Assembly (NCBI RefSeq): GCF_006345805.1
Contig: NC_043009.1
Location: forward strand, 23,560,001-23,624,000
Length of the DNA stretch: 64,000 nucleotides
From: Octopus sinensis
Taxonomy: Eukaryota
Reading direction: 5' to 3'
The first letter of the stretch is position 1. Every line of letters starts with the position of its first letter. Shown one piece after another: positions 63,361-64,000 of this stretch. Both the position numbers and the translations under genes were made by a program. The notes under the pieces were generated by a model. The model was not told the DNA's origin. It made no database searches and saw only the letters and a program-made list of their open reading frames with translations.

Positions 63361-63760
63361 ATATTTTGTCTGCCGCTACGTTCTGAGTTCAAATTCCGCC
63401 GAGGTCGACTTTGCCTTTCATCCTTTCGGGGCCGATTAAATAAGAACCAGTTATGCACTGGAGTCGATATAATCAACTTAATCCGTTTGTCTGTCCTTGT
63501 TTGTCCCTTCTGTGTGTAGCCCCTTGTGGGCAGTAAAGAAATAAGAAACGTTAGCACACAGGGCGAAATGCTTAGCGGTATTTCGTCTGCCGTTACGTTC
63601 TGAGTTCAAATTCCACCGAGGTCGACTTTGCCTTTCATCCTTTCGGGGTCGATAAATTAAGTAGCAATTGCGCACTGGTGTCGATGTAATCGACTTAATC
63701 CATTTGTCTGTCCTTGTTTGCCCCCTCTATGTTTAGTTCCCTGTGGGCAATAAAGAAATT
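63361..63760 (+). mobile_element. Tandem/nested dimer of SINE B2
   Basis: The copy 1 tail gcagtaaagaaata joins agaaacgttagcac of copy 2. Copy 2 ends gggcaataaagaaatt. Confidence 0.85.
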
Positions 63761-64000
63761 TATATTGTCAAACGCATTCCAGTCACCATCTCACCATGTG
63801 TTTTTTTTTTTCTCTCCTCTTTTTGGATACTGTGGACTATATATATAATCGGGCGTGGCTGCTATTTCTAGTTCGTCGATTGACAATTCATAGTTCTCTA
63901 GCAGCAGCTGCAGTAGTAGTAGTAGTAGTAGTGGTGGTGGTGGTGGTGGTGGTAGTAGTAGTAACAGAAGCAGTAGCAGCAACAGTAGTAGAAGTAGTAA

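Overview
This is AT-rich eukaryotic genomic DNA that is almost entirely repetitive, with a 100-N assembly gap at 24139-24238. The tRNA-headed SINE types and the extreme microsatellite density suggest an octopod cephalopod; this is an inference. No host gene is confidently present. The best candidates are two phase-compatible minus-strand exons (6553-6697 and 1-109). The long ORFs are retrotransposon-derived: two young 5'-truncated CR1/L2-like LINEs (1276-3245 +, 59661-62014 +), an RTE LINE (22587-24138 -) and a near-full-length L1/Tx1-clade LINE with a target-site duplication (TSD; 53554-58819 -). Also present are R4/Dong-like restriction-like-endonuclease (REL) fragments, three abundant SINE families (called A, B and C here), non-autonomous Helitrons, Tc1/mariner, MULE and hAT-like MITEs, and Penelope-like remnants. 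The most notable pattern is a possible SINE-targeting Tx1 system. The Tx1 LINE sits inside a family-B SINE. A B subfamily (B2) shares the LINE's last 15 nt, and a B2 copy is nested in another B copy at the same nucleotide position as the LINE. Other notable patterns are a (TACA)n retrotransposon nest at 26.6-31 kb, a CR1-LINE/SINE-A shared 3' hairpin with compensatory changes, and a MULE MITE carrying (TTAGGG)n.
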